Positions 14,015 to 24,945 of a stretch of 64,000 nt of DNA are shown one piece after another. Source of the DNA: Eledone cirrhosa (lineage: Eukaryota). The stretch spans positions 28,582,001 through 28,646,000 of the forward strand of contig OZ024759.1 in assembly GCA_964016885.1 (NCBI GenBank). Reading direction: 5' to 3'. Both the position numbers and the translations under genes were made by a program. The notes beneath the pieces were generated by a model. That model searched no databases. It worked only from the letters and a program-made list of their open reading frames with translations, and was not told the DNA's origin. Within the stretch, counting starts at the first letter, position 1. The number at the start of each line of letters is the position of its first letter.

Positions 14015-14270
14015 ACTTGATTCTACTATAAACACAAGGCCAGCAATTACTCAGTGTATTACTGGTATTTTACTTGATTCTACTATAAACACAAGACCAG
14101 CAATTTTGGAGGAGGCAAATGTCGATTAAATCGAGCCCACTACTTTATTTTATCCACCCCGTAAGGATGAAAGGCAAAGCTAACCTCGGTGGGATTTGAA
14201 CACAGAACATAAAGGGTCATACTAAATACTGCAAAGTATTTAGTCTGATGCTCTACCCATTCTGCCAATC
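14015..14270 (-). mobile_element. Nin/Deu-like SINE, diverged, duplicated tail
   Basis: GGATGAAAGGCAAAG...GGATTTGAAC on the plus strand. Confidence 0.7.
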
Positions 14271-14496
14271 CATAATAATAAAGCTAACATAACCTAATGT
14301 TTTGAATAAATTAGCAAATAGCACTGATGGACACTGCCAGTGGGATGGCGTTATCTTATGGCTAAAACAGCACGACGTGCTGTGACCAGCGGCGCCTGAT
14401 TGGCACCCGACAGACTGCTCGGTCAAGGTGTTATATATACACATACATATACACACATTTATATATTTTTTCTATCGCGGGTAAAATTCCCGAGAT

Positions 14497-14852
14497 TTCT
14501 ATTATTGATCTATGTAAAATATATTACAAAATATCAAAGTAAGAAAATATACATACGTCTTCACTACCCGCTGTCTTCAGAAATAATTATTTCTGAAGAC
14601 AGCGGGTAGTGAAGACGTATGTATATTTTCTTACTTTGATATTTTGTAATATATTTTACATAGATCAATAATAGAATGGACATACAGGGAACTACCCTCC
14701 CCCCCCCCCCCAGAAACGATCGTAAAATAATGAGTTTTACTATGAATTAACCGTTTTTTGTTTAATTTCATTGTTTTAATATTTCTATCTTTGACTCTGT
14801 CTCCAATGAATTACATCGTTGAACATTTTGTATTTTAAACTTTGCTTCACGA
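14497..14852 (+). mobile_element. Fold-back element, family A (180-bp perfect palindrome plus hammerhead plus tail)
   Basis: Loopless palindrome 14497-14676 centred at 14586/14587. The downstream part is homologous to the reverse complement of 3300-3585; ends in (TA)n. Confidence 0.75.
14586..14731 (+). ncRNA. Type I hammerhead ribozyme-like motif, family A, extended stem II
   Basis: Stem I ATTATTT(14586)/AAATAAT(14725); core CTGAAGA 14593-99; stem II GGGTAGT...ACTACCC; GAAAC 14713-17; palindromic GATC loop; GTA triplet with predicted cut after 14724. Confidence 0.75.
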
Positions 14853-15002
14853 TATATATATATATATATATAATGTAGGAGGTGAGTTTTATTGTAGTAC
14901 AATAAAGCAATGCAGATATCAGATAAGAAGCACTCTACAGTTTGTGGGACTGGAGTATACATAATATATAAGAACAAAAGATGGTTAAAGGAGTTCCATG
15001 TA

Positions 15003-15068
15003 TTTTATTATGCGCATTTCAAAAACAAATATCATCATGCAATAATATTTGTGTTTTCATCAGATAAA
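15003..15068 (-). ncRNA. Type I hammerhead ribozyme motif, family C, inverted copy
   Basis: Reverse complement of 15136-15201 within the inverted-repeat arms 14961-15068 / 15136-15243. Confidence 0.78.
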
Positions 15069-15134
15069 TCAACATGTTGATTTAAAACTGAACTATCCAC
15101 AAGTGTTTTTTAGCCTTCATATCATGTCCTCCTG

Positions 15135-15201
15135 TTTTATCTGATGAAAACACAAATATTATTGCATGATGATATTTGTTTTTGAAATGCGCATAATAAA
15201 A
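15135..15201 (+). ncRNA. Type I hammerhead ribozyme motif, family C
   Basis: TTTTAT CTGATGA [long stem II AAACACAAATATTAT/ATGATATTTGTTTTT] GAAA T GCGC A TA ATAAAA. Palindromic TGCGCA stem III; AUA triplet. Confidence 0.8.
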
Positions 15202-15233
15202 TACATGGAACTCCTTTAACCATCTTTTGTTCT

Positions 15234-15306
<73 letters not shown>

Positions 15307-15380
15307 AAAATGGAACGGGAACAAAATAGATAGGCAGTACAAACGAAGGTTTATTAGTTTCACGCTCTTGAGTGGGGGGG

Positions 15381-15410
15381 GGCGTTTCGGGCATAAGCCC
15401 TTCTTCAGGA
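15381..15410 (-). ncRNA. Partial minimal hammerhead, family B
   Basis: Minus strand: TC CTGAAGA A GGGC TTAT GCCC GAAAC GCC. The downstream AGCGTGAAACTAATA is shared with 52361 and resembles 52575-52600; the cleavage triplet and stem I 3' strand are lost. Confidence 0.55.
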
Positions 15411-16362
15411 TAAAAGTGGGTGGGAAGAGAGTTCCGAGGGTGTGTGGGGGAGTGGTGGAGAGACATTTTTAAAAAAAGGGGGGAGAGGAAAGGGAGGAAA
15501 AACGGTGGAAGGGGTACAAATAAAAATAAAAATAAACATGAAGATATATATATATATATAAAGAGAGAGAGAGAGAGATAGAGAGAGAATAACCAAATGA
15601 GCACCAATGGCACCAAAATCTCCACCAGTAGCATCAGGTTAAAGCACCAATCACCATACTCCTCAATAATATTGAAGACTAGACAGGGTGCCAAGAATGG
15701 TGAATTCCTGTGGCATCCATTAGTGGTTTAGACTACTGTGGTGGTGACGGCGGAGAGAGGGTGTGTGTGATGAAGTGGAGAGAGTGATGGAGTATGAGAG
15801 AGAATGAGAGTCTGAGAGAGAGAGAGAGAGTGTGTGTGTGGTAGAGAGAGTGTGTGTGTGTGTGGTAGAGAGAGAGAGAGAGTGTGTGTGTGTGGTAGAG
15901 AGAGAGAGAGAGAGTGTGTGTGTGTGTGTGTGTGAGTGAGAGAGAGAGAGAGAGAGAGTGTGTGTGTGGTAGAGAGAGAGAGAGTGTGTGTGTGTGTGGT
16001 AGAGAGAGAGAGTGTGTGTGTGTGGTAGAGAGAGAGAGAGTGTGTGTGTGTGTGGTAGAGAGAGAGTGTGTGTGTGTGTGGTAGAGAGAGAGAGTGTGTG
16101 TGTGTGGTAGAGAGAGAGTGTGTGTGTGATAGAGAGAGATGTTTGACCTTTCACTAACTGTTCCATTAGTGCCTGGACTGCACTGTATGATAGCTAGAGT
16201 TGCACCAAGATGCACAAAATGTCAGCCTCTCTCCAGCAGTTAGCTTGCACTGATTCTTTACACTCTCCTCACACTCTGTGTGTGTGCGTATATATATATA
16301 TATATATATACATACATACATACATATACATGTATGTATGTAAGTATGTATATATATATATA

Positions 16363-16672
16363 CTGGGCTTGCAATCGAAAAGTTGTGAGTTCAATACTCA
16401 GACCGGGTGATGTGTTGTTTCCTTGAGCAAGACACTTTATTTCATATTTCTCCAGTTTACTCAGCTGTAGAAATGAGATGATAGGGACTGGGGTCCCTAT
16501 CATTCCACTGCAAAGTGTTCAAGATGTCACCACAAAAATGCAACCAGCACTCACTGTAAATGAGGTTGGTGTTAGGAAGGGCATCCAGTTGTAGAAACTA
16601 AGCCTAAATCAGTTCCCGTCCCACCCTTGCAAGCAGGGAAAAAGCGGACGTAAAATGAAATGATGATGATGA
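16363..16672 (+). mobile_element. CORE-like SINE copy
   Basis: Homologous to 10791; LINE-type tail. Confidence 0.85.
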
Positions 16673-16689
16673 TATTAGACAGTGAGGTT

Positions 16690-16900
16690 TATTTTACAAA
16701 ATGAAAAATAACCGAGGTGTCCTACACGAGTGAAAGTATAAACAAAAAAAAGATGAAATCGAAAATGCAACTGGAGTCTTATTTTTAAAAAAATATATAT
16801 ATTTATTTGGTTCCTTTACCGGTAAAGGAACCAAATAAATATATATATATTTTTTAAAAATAAGACTCCAGTTAAATTTTCGATTTCATCTTTTTTTCTT
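16690..16900. mobile_element. Fold-back element
   Basis: Palindrome centred on TTTACC|GGTAAA (16820/16821), arms about 75 bp, followed by (TA)n. Confidence 0.65.
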
Positions 16901-17136
16901 TATATATATATATGGATATATGTGGATATATGTGCAAAATGTAAATAGAAAACAACAAAGCAAATGACACAGAACAATGAAGAAATATATTAGCTTAACA
17001 CTTGATAGAGTTGGAATATATATATATATATATGTATATTTATATATATATACAGGGAGTCCCAAAAAATGTATACACACTCCAACAGCATTCTAATAAA
17101 TATGTGTATATATTTGTGGGACACCCTGTATGTGTT

Positions 17137-17177
<41 letters not shown>

Positions 17178-17235
17178 TATTGTCCCACCCTTGCAAGAGG
17201 GAAAAAGCGGACGTAAAATGAAAGGAAGGAATATA

Positions 17236-17277
<42 letters not shown>

Positions 17278-17432
17278 TATAAAATATATATATTATATAT
17301 ATATATATTTTATATATAGTATATATATATATAATATATATATAAAATATATATTATATATATATAATTTATATATATATATAATATATATATAAAATAT
17401 ATATATATTTTATATATATATAATATATATAT

Positions 17433-17463
<31 letters not shown>

Positions 17464-18597
17464 ATATATATATAATATATATATATATAATATATAATAT
17501 ATATATAATATATATATAAAATATATATATATAATATATATATATATCTAATATATATATATATAATATATATATATATCTAATATATATATATATAATA
17601 TATATATTATATATATATATATAATATATATATTATATATATATATAATATATAATATATAATATATATATATATATATATATAAGGTGACTAATTACAA
17701 TAGATGGAGAGGAGGCTGAGTGTATCTGCGCCCCCTCTCCTTACACACACACTAGAAAAAGGGGGCAGGGCTGTCCAGTAGTGCAATAAGTAATAGACAT
17801 CTATCTTATTTCTGGCAGGGACCCCCTACCTACCTCTCCCTACCACCACCTCCCCTCCCTCATTTACCCTTTCATTTCCACACCACCAGCACCACCACCA
17901 CTGTCATCACATCCCTTTGATTCTTGCTCGGGGGGGGGGGGGGGTTCTGTCATTCATTCATCCCTGCCTGCCCCACCCTCTTTATTGAACTCTTATCTTG
18001 CCACCACCACCGCCACCACCACAACCATCATCACCACCGCCGCCACCATCACAGCCATCATCCCCACCACCACCGTCACCATCACAACCATCATCACCAC
18101 CACCACCATCATCATCACCACCGCTGTCACCATCACAACCATCATCACCACCGCCATCATCACCACCGGCGTCACCATCACAACCATCATCACCACCACC
18201 ACCGTCACCATCACAACCATCATCACCACAACCGCCATCACCATCACAACCATCATCCCCACCGCTGCCACCATCACAACCATCATCCCCACCGCCACCA
18301 CAACCACCACTCCAAGCATTCTATTTGCTTACTCTCATTTACACCTTTTCCACCACCACCACCACCGCCACCACACCTCTTTCATTCTTGGAGTGTACAT
18401 GTGTTTTTTATTGGCGGAGTGACCCTCCCAAAGTATAACAATATATATATATATATTTATGTAATAAACAACATAAGGCAATTATTTCATTTACCAGTGG
18501 TTTCTTAAAAGCAAACAAATTTTGCTTTTACCTACATAGAACACTCTTTTTTCCTGGACCTTTCCGACGGACTTACTTCATTTATATATATATATAT

Positions 18598-18795
18598 ACG
18601 TAGGAACGAGTAGGACCCTGACGGCTGAGCTCAAGCCGTTTCGACGGCTAATTCTGCGTCCAGAATTAGCCGTCGAAACGGCTTGAGTTCAGCCGTCGGG
18701 GTCCTACTCGTTCCTATTACCCACTCTACTACCCTAAGTATTGAGTAATTTCGTGCGTTATGGTTCACCTGGTTCCTTACCACATTTCCTTCGTT
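18598..18795. mobile_element. Fold-back element carrying the 3' half of a hammerhead
   Basis: Arms 18601-18656 / 18661-18716; right arm GAAAC GGCT-TGAGTTC-AGCC GTC; ~80-nt tail; (TA)n on both sides. Confidence 0.65.
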
Positions 18796-18806
18796 ATATA
18801 TATCTA

Positions 18807-19183
18807 TAGAAGTTATATTTAATTTGTTGGGATACAACAAGCAAATATTTTTATAACTGATATAAAGCACTCAACAATTTATTGGAGTAAAAATACAAGA
18901 ATGCGACCATGTCGGTTGGAAGCTCCCGGTCGCATGGTCGCATTCTTTAAGGGTATGTCAATATTTGTTTATAAAACTGATCTATATTATATTTCATCTG
19001 ATGAAAGCGCACCATAATTTGCTTCAGTGTCCTTGAAATATGTATAATGAAATAAATATGGTTTAATAAATATAGTTTCCATTTGTTAATATATTGTATT
19101 TTTACTCCAATAATTTGTTGAGTGCTTTATATCAGTTATAAAAATATTTGCTTGTTGTATCCCAACAAATTAAATATAACTTC

Positions 19184-19185
<2 letters not shown>
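18807..19185. mobile_element. Fold-back element, family D, with hammerhead
   Basis: 92-bp arms 18807-18898 / 19094-19185; internal hairpin 18897-18947; hammerhead at 18990-19054; (TA)n flanks. Confidence 0.8.
18990..19054 (+). ncRNA. Type I hammerhead ribozyme motif, family D
   Basis: 8-bp stem I TATTTCAT/ATGAAATA; CTGATGA 18998-19004; stem II AAGCGCAC...GTGTCCTT; GAAA 19035-38; TATGTA near-palindrome; AUA triplet. Confidence 0.8.
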
Positions 19186-19226
<41 letters not shown>

Positions 19227-19630
19227 TGTAAATGTGGTTGGTGTTAGGAAGGGCATCCAGCCGTAGAAAACCTGCCAGAAACAGTTCTGTATGAGCGAGA
19301 CGCGGTCACCCAACCAATCTTGCCTCAAGTGGGACAAACACGTCCAACCCATTCTAGCATGGAAGATGGACGTTAAATGACGATGATGATTATACATATG
19401 TGTATGTGTGTGCATATATATAAGTGTATCATATATGTGTGCCTGTCTGCCTATGTGTATATGTGTGTGTATATATATATATATATAAGTATATCATATA
19501 TGTGTGCCTGTCTGCCTGTGTGTATATGTATGTGTGTGTGTATATATATATATAAGTATATCATATATGTGTGTCTGTCTGCCTGTGTGTATATGTGTGT
19601 GTGTATGTATGAAAGAAATGCTCTACTCAC

Positions 19631-19726
19631 CCACTGAGAAAGCTGAACCCATGTACACAGACTAGGATATATCCAAAACTGTCAACCTTTAACAGGTTAC
19701 CATAAAGGGTATCAAACCATAGTCCT
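19631..19726 (-). CDS. NT5C2: cN-II exon (96 bp); next exon not found in the window
   Basis: Acceptor atattttcag, (R)[31 protein letters not shown](G), donor gtgagt. Matches human [32 protein letters not shown]. Confidence 0.97.
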
Positions 19727-19861
19727 CTGAAAATATATATGCATATATATGAATATATGTGTGTGTGTGTATACAAAAATTAAACAGAAACATCAAAGCA
19801 AACTACAGTACAATGAAGAAATATATTAGTTTAACACTTGATATAGTAGGAATATATATAA

Positions 19862-20040
19862 TAGTAGAACACTGGTGGGTTATATCCGTAGTAGTAGAGC
19901 ACTCAGTCCATGGGACGAGTTTGGTAGAAGGAGTTCTACAACAGTTAGTTCACCATTACCGAGAACAGTTGTTTCACCTGATGATCCGAATAAGGTGGAA
20001 CAATTGTTCTCGGTAATGGTTAACTAACTGTTGTAGAATT
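19862..20040. mobile_element. Fold-back element with a CTGATGA remnant at the turn
   Basis: Inverted arms about 19934-19979 / 19993-20038 around CCTGATGATCCGAATAAGG. Confidence 0.55.
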
Positions 20041-20059
20041 ACTTATACATATATATATG

Positions 20060-20200
20060 TGAAGGCGTGTGGCTGAGTGGTTAGAGAATTGGATTCGCAA
20101 TCTTGAGGTTGTGAGTTCGATTCCTGGACCGAGCGATGCGTTATGTCCTTGAGCAAGACACTTTATTTCACGTTGCTCCTTCTACCTGGAGTTGCGACCG
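20060..20200 (+). mobile_element. Related tRNA-derived CORE-like SINE head
   Basis: GGCTGAGTGGTTAG...GAGTTCGATTCC...CCTTGAGCAAGACACTT. Confidence 0.75.
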
Positions 20201-20275
20201 ATAGATAGTATTAGCAACTGGAAAGACCAACGGAAACATTGTTTCCTCGGTCCGATTTGACGAAAGTCGATCGAC

Positions 20276-20314
<39 letters not shown>

Positions 20315-20871
20315 AATTACAAAATAAGAGGAAAGTATAACTATTTTTTCTGCAAAGTCCCGACTGCGCAGTTTCGCTGATCCATATGCAACAATCGTAC
20401 ATTATAGAAGTGCACCAATGTTGTGAGATGAATCAGCTTGTCAAGGAACATCTCAGAGAAAAAGACTGTTCTCCAGATGCCTTTTTAGCAAGTAATAAAA
20501 TCTCTATAAGCGGAGGGAAGAATTAAGACGTGTGATACATCGGTCAAGAAAAAGGACTGTTTTTGTTGTAGCAAGTGAAAATATCTCAGAAGGCAGAGGG
20601 GGGAAATTAATATATATATAACTTATATCGTGACTCTGTTTTCCTTTTAATGTTTTATTGTTTTTTGAGATTTATCTTAACCTACAACATTTTCAACATA
20701 TGGATTACATTGAGTTCTTCATACAGAATAGACCCCACAACTTACAGTGGATACCTCTGTGTATATATATATATAAATATATGGGGGGAGAGAGAGAGAC
20801 AAACACCATTATATACATGTGTAAATGTATATATATAGGTACAATGACATAAGAAGATTAGAAAGTAAGTG

Positions 20872-21211
20872 ATGGTGAACGACCAAGCATAGACAAGTTG
20901 AGAGAAAAACTGTGTATCAGAGGAATAAACTGTAGTGTGCAGGAGAGAAGACTGCATTGGTATGGACATATGATGCACATAGTAGATGACCGCTGGGTGA
21001 AGATGTGCCAAGTAATCCCAGTAGAAGGAAGACGCAGTAGAAGAAGACCACAGAAAATATGGGCAGAGGTGGTGAGAGTTGACCTCAGATCGCTGAAGCT
21101 CACAGAGGAGATGACGAAGGACCGTGACAAATGGAGAGATGCTGTCCTGACGAGGACTCATCCAACTTTTGCAAGCAGGGAAAAGCGGACATAAAATGAT
21201 GATGATGATGA
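20872..21211 (+). mobile_element. RTE-clade LINE 3' fragment (more diverged)
   Basis: RRLHWYGH...RRPQKIW...SREKRT followed by (GAT)n. Confidence 0.9.
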
Positions 21212-21317
21212 TAGATATATTGACAAAGAAAATCGGAAAGTTCTAATGATGGTTATTTTTAGCATTCTGGTTGACCTGGGCATTTGTCAGACAATATACT
21301 TAATATTTTATACGTAT

Positions 21318-21968
21318 TATCATCATCATCATTTTACATCCGCTTTTCCCTGCTTGCAAGGGTGGGATGGGTCTTATTCAGCACAGCATCTCTCCACTCG
21401 TCACGGTCCCTCGTCATCTCCACCGTGAGCTTCAATGATCTGAGGTCCGTTCTCACCACCTCCGCCCATGTTTTTCGTGGTCTACCTCTACCATGTCTTC
21501 CTTCAACTGGCAATTCCTGGCACTTCTTCACCCATCGGTCATCCTCCATGCGCATCACATGTCCATACCACCTCAGTCTCCTCTCTCGCACACTACATTC
21601 TATCCCTCTCAGACACAGTTTCTCTCTCAACACATTTATGCTGGGTCGTTCACGCACATTTACACTGCACATCCAACGGAGCATGCTTGCCTCATTTCTC
21701 TCCAGCCGTTGCATATCCTCTGCAGTTGCTGCCTATGTCTCACTACCATGCAGCATCGCGCTCCTCACACAGGCATCATACAACCAGCCTTTCGTACGCA
21801 GGGAGAAACCCTTCTTCGTCAACAGAGGAAGCAGCTCCCTAAACTTCTTCCAACCCGTCCTTATTCTAGATATTATGGCCTCGGAACACCCTCCTCCTAT
21901 GCTAATCTGATCTCCTAGGTACCGGAAGCTATCCACCACTTCTATAGCGCCCTCCTGCATTTGAAAAA
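21318..21968 (-). mobile_element. RTE-clade LINE 3' fragment, near-identical to 366-842
   Basis: FRYLGD...LHGSET*...RLRWYGH; in-frame TAG at 21733 where the 366 copy has TGG. Confidence 0.92.
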
Positions 21969-22143
21969 TGTGTCTATTATATACATATATATATGTCCAG
22001 CCTTGGAACACAAAATGTGACCAGTCTAGTCTCGGACTGTAACTGGTTCAACCCATGCTAGCAATGAAAAACGGATGTAAAATGATGATGATGATGATGA
22101 AGATGGGAGAAAGTAGGGAAGTACAGTGAATGAAATGTCTTAC

Positions 22144-22261
22144 CTTATTGGGAAGGTGTGGTCATACTGAAAGTCCGCAATAGCATGAGGGTAACCCATA
22201 TCTATCATTTTCGTTTTGATGAGGTTGAAACCGAGGGCTTCAAAATTTGGAGATTTATAAA
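22144..22261 (-). CDS. NT5C2: cN-II exon (118 bp)
   Basis: Acceptor ttctcttctctttctcacag, (V)YKSPNFEALGFNLIKTKMIDMGYPHAIADFQYDHTFPI(R), donor gtaaga. Matches human [40 protein letters not shown]; the other two frames contain stops; phases are compatible. Confidence 0.96.
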
Positions 22262-22389
22262 CTGTGAGAAAGAGAAGAGAAGGGAGAGGAATGTTTAGAT
22301 GGTTGGTTTTACTTTATTGTCATACATAACAGTGTTTGGATTGGCACTACTTAAACATGTATTGAGTTCTACCATAAACTGTGGTCTTT

Positions 22390-23030
22390 GGGGTCTCCAT
22401 ACCACAAACACTTCACAACAAGATCTACCCTGATCTGTGGTCTTCTGGGCCTCCATACTACAAACATTTCACAAGATCTACCCTGGTCGGTGGTCTTCTG
22501 GGCCTCCATACTACAAAGATTTCACAACAAGATCTACCCTGGTCTCCATACAACAAACACTTTACAAGGAGATCTACCCTGGTCTCCATACTACAAACAC
22601 TTTACAAGATCTACCCTGGTCTCCATACAACAAACACTTTACAAGGAGATCTACCCTGGTCTCCATACAACAAACACTTTACAAGGAGATCTACCCTGGT
22701 CTCCATACAACAAACACTTTACAAGATCTACCCTGGTCTCCATACAACAAACACTTTACAAGATCTACCCTGGTCTCCATACAACAAACACTTTACAAGA
22801 TCTACCCTGGTCTCCATACAACAAACACTTTACAAGATCTACCCTGGTCTCCATACAACAAACACTTTACAAGATCTACCCTGGTCTCCATACAACAAAC
22901 ACTTCACAACAAGATCTACCCTGGTCTCCATACAACAAACACTTTACAAGGAGATCTACCCTGGTCTCCATACAACAAACACTTTACAAGAAAATACCCT
23001 GATCTATGGTCCTCCAGGTCTCCACACCAC
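22390..23030. repeat. 37/40-bp minisatellite
   Basis: AGATCTACCCTGGTCTCCATACAACAAACACTTTACA(AGG) units. Confidence 0.95.
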
Positions 23031-23207
23031 AACACATCATTTGCAGTATTTAGATATGACTTCAGGTATATTCCAAGGTTAACTTTACCTCTCACCCTTC
23101 CGTGGGTCAATGAAATAAAGTACCAGTTAAATATTGGGGACAATATAATCAAATTCCCCTCTCCTCCAAATAGCTGGCCTTGTGCCAAAATTAGAAGCCA
23201 TTATGGA

Positions 23208-23392
23208 TTGGCAGTATCGGTAGAGGGTCGGACGCCATGCTTTCCAGCATAGTTACGTCCCTTTACGATCTGAGTTCAAATCCCGCCGAGGTTGACTTTG
23301 CCTTTCATCCTTACGGGGTCGATAAAATAAAGTACCAGTAATGCACTGGGATAATTGCTGGCCTTGTGCCAAAAGTAGAAACAATTATTATA
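23208..23392 (+). mobile_element. Second SINE family with Nin/Deu-like central domain (representative copy; an older copy lies at about 23045-23205)
   Basis: TGGCAGTATCGGTAGAG head, GAGTTCAAATCCCGCC B box, GCCTTTCATCCTTACGGGGTCGATAAAATAAAGTACCAG domain, (ATT)n tail. Confidence 0.8.
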
Positions 23393-24451
23393 GTAGTGGT
23401 GGGGGTGGGGTGGTAGTGGTAGCAGTAGTAGTGGTAGTGGTAGTGGTGATGGTGAAGGAGTAGTAGCAGTGACAGTAGTAGTAGTAGTAGTGGTGGTGAT
23501 GGTACAGTAGTAGTAGAAGTAGTGGTGGCGGTGGTGGTAGCAGCAGCAATATATAATTGTAGTGGTGGTAGTGATAGCAGTAGTAGCAGTAATAGTGGTA
23601 GTGGCCGTAGTGTTGGTTGTGGTTGTGGCGTTGGTTGTAGTAGTGGCAGTAGTAGTAGTAGTCGTGTATGGTGGTAGTGTTAAGTGGAACAGTATGCTGT
23701 GTTAAAGATCTAATCAGTCCATTGTTGTGTGATTCTGGGAGAGAGAAACAGGGATTTCACTGGAGTCAATTATTGACACCTCTTATCCCCACCCCCAAAC
23801 ACACCTCCCCCACACCCCTCCTTACACTCCACACTCCAATCCCCTCCCTCCCTTCCCCTTATCTTTACTCTTACTTTACCTTCATTCCTCTCCACCTCAC
23901 CCCTACCTCTTACCTTCATTCCTCTCCACTTGACCCCTATTCTTACTTCCTAACTCTCCTTCTCCTCCCACCAGATCTCCATAGCATCTAACTCCTTTTC
24001 CTTTATTCCCTTTGCCCCTCACCTCACACCCCACCTCTCTCTCACCCACCTCACCTCTCATACCACACCCTCACCACACCTTGCTCTCCAACCATTTTTT
24101 TTTTTTTATCTTTCCTTTCCACAAAGTTTTCTTCTATTTCCCTTCTTAAGATCCTCCTTGACTTTGTTATGTTATGTTCCATGTTAAAGCCTCACTACTA
24201 ATTTACATGGTTGACCTGCCATAAAACAGACACTAATCACATACACACACCAATACATTTTACAGTGATATTTAACTGTGAGAATGTGTATATGTATATA
24301 TATACACATACACACACACACATACACACACACACATACATATATATATACACATATATATATATATATATATGAAAATGATGGAATGATGATATATATA
24401 TATATACACACACATATATATATATATATACACACACACACATTTATATAT

Positions 24452-24945
24452 ATCATCATCATCATCATCATCACCGTTTTACGTCCGTTCTTCCACGCTA
24501 GCATGGGTTAGACGGGTTGTCCTCTTGTGGGCAGTGTCAGGTCGGCTGACCGTGCCTTGCTCATACAGGAACTGATTTGGCTTGATTTCTACAGCTGGAT
24601 GCCCTTCCTAACACCAACCTCATTTACAGTGAGTGCTGGGTGCTTTTTTTCCGTGGCACCTACACGTCCCTTTTACAGTGTGGGCTGGGTACTTTTTTGC
24701 CGTGGCACCTCCACGTCCGCTTTTCAGTGTGGGCTGGGTGCTTTTTTTTACCGTGACACCTCCACGACCACTTTGCAGTGGAATGATAGGGACCCCAGTC
24801 TTATCTCATTTCTACAGCTGAGTAAACTGGAGCAATGTGAAATAAGTGTCTTGCTCAAGGAAACAACACATCACCCGGTCTGAGAATTGAACTCACAACC
24901 TTTCGATTGCAAGCCCAATGCTCTAACTACTAAGCCATGTGTCTC
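24452..24945 (-). mobile_element. CORE-like SINE copy with three internal repeat units
   Basis: Homologous to 10791 with extra tandem CAGTGTGGGCTGGGTGCTTTTTTGCCGTGGCACC units. Confidence 0.85.

Larger units (their letters stand above)
14874..15243. mobile_element. Fold-back element, family C, with two inverted hammerheads
   Basis: 108-bp arms 14961-15068 / 15136-15243; unique left tail 14874-14960; (TA)n on both sides. Confidence 0.8.

Noticed and set aside
17924-18508. Poly-His/Pro/Thr ORFs (also 7382-8587, 32775-34097, 49992-50438, 60870-61643)
   Set aside because: Trinucleotide low-complexity tracts open in most frames.
18631-18870. Minus ORF containing LYPNK, resembling the expected next cN-II exon (YPNKFI)
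   Set aside because: It is part of a repeated fold-back element (also at 5500 and 19150), lacks the expected LNTLFNLPE and has no suitable splice sites.
20310-20600. Possible decayed Penelope GIY-YIG coding fragment upstream of a family A-like tail (20700-20725 matches the reverse complement of 3277-3300)
   Set aside because: No convincing GIY-YIG or RT motif readable by eye; needs a translated HMM search.
22390-23030. CRISPR-like regular 37-bp repeats (also 52905-53612 and 62719-63820)
   Set aside because: No unique spacers, no cas genes, eukaryotic context.
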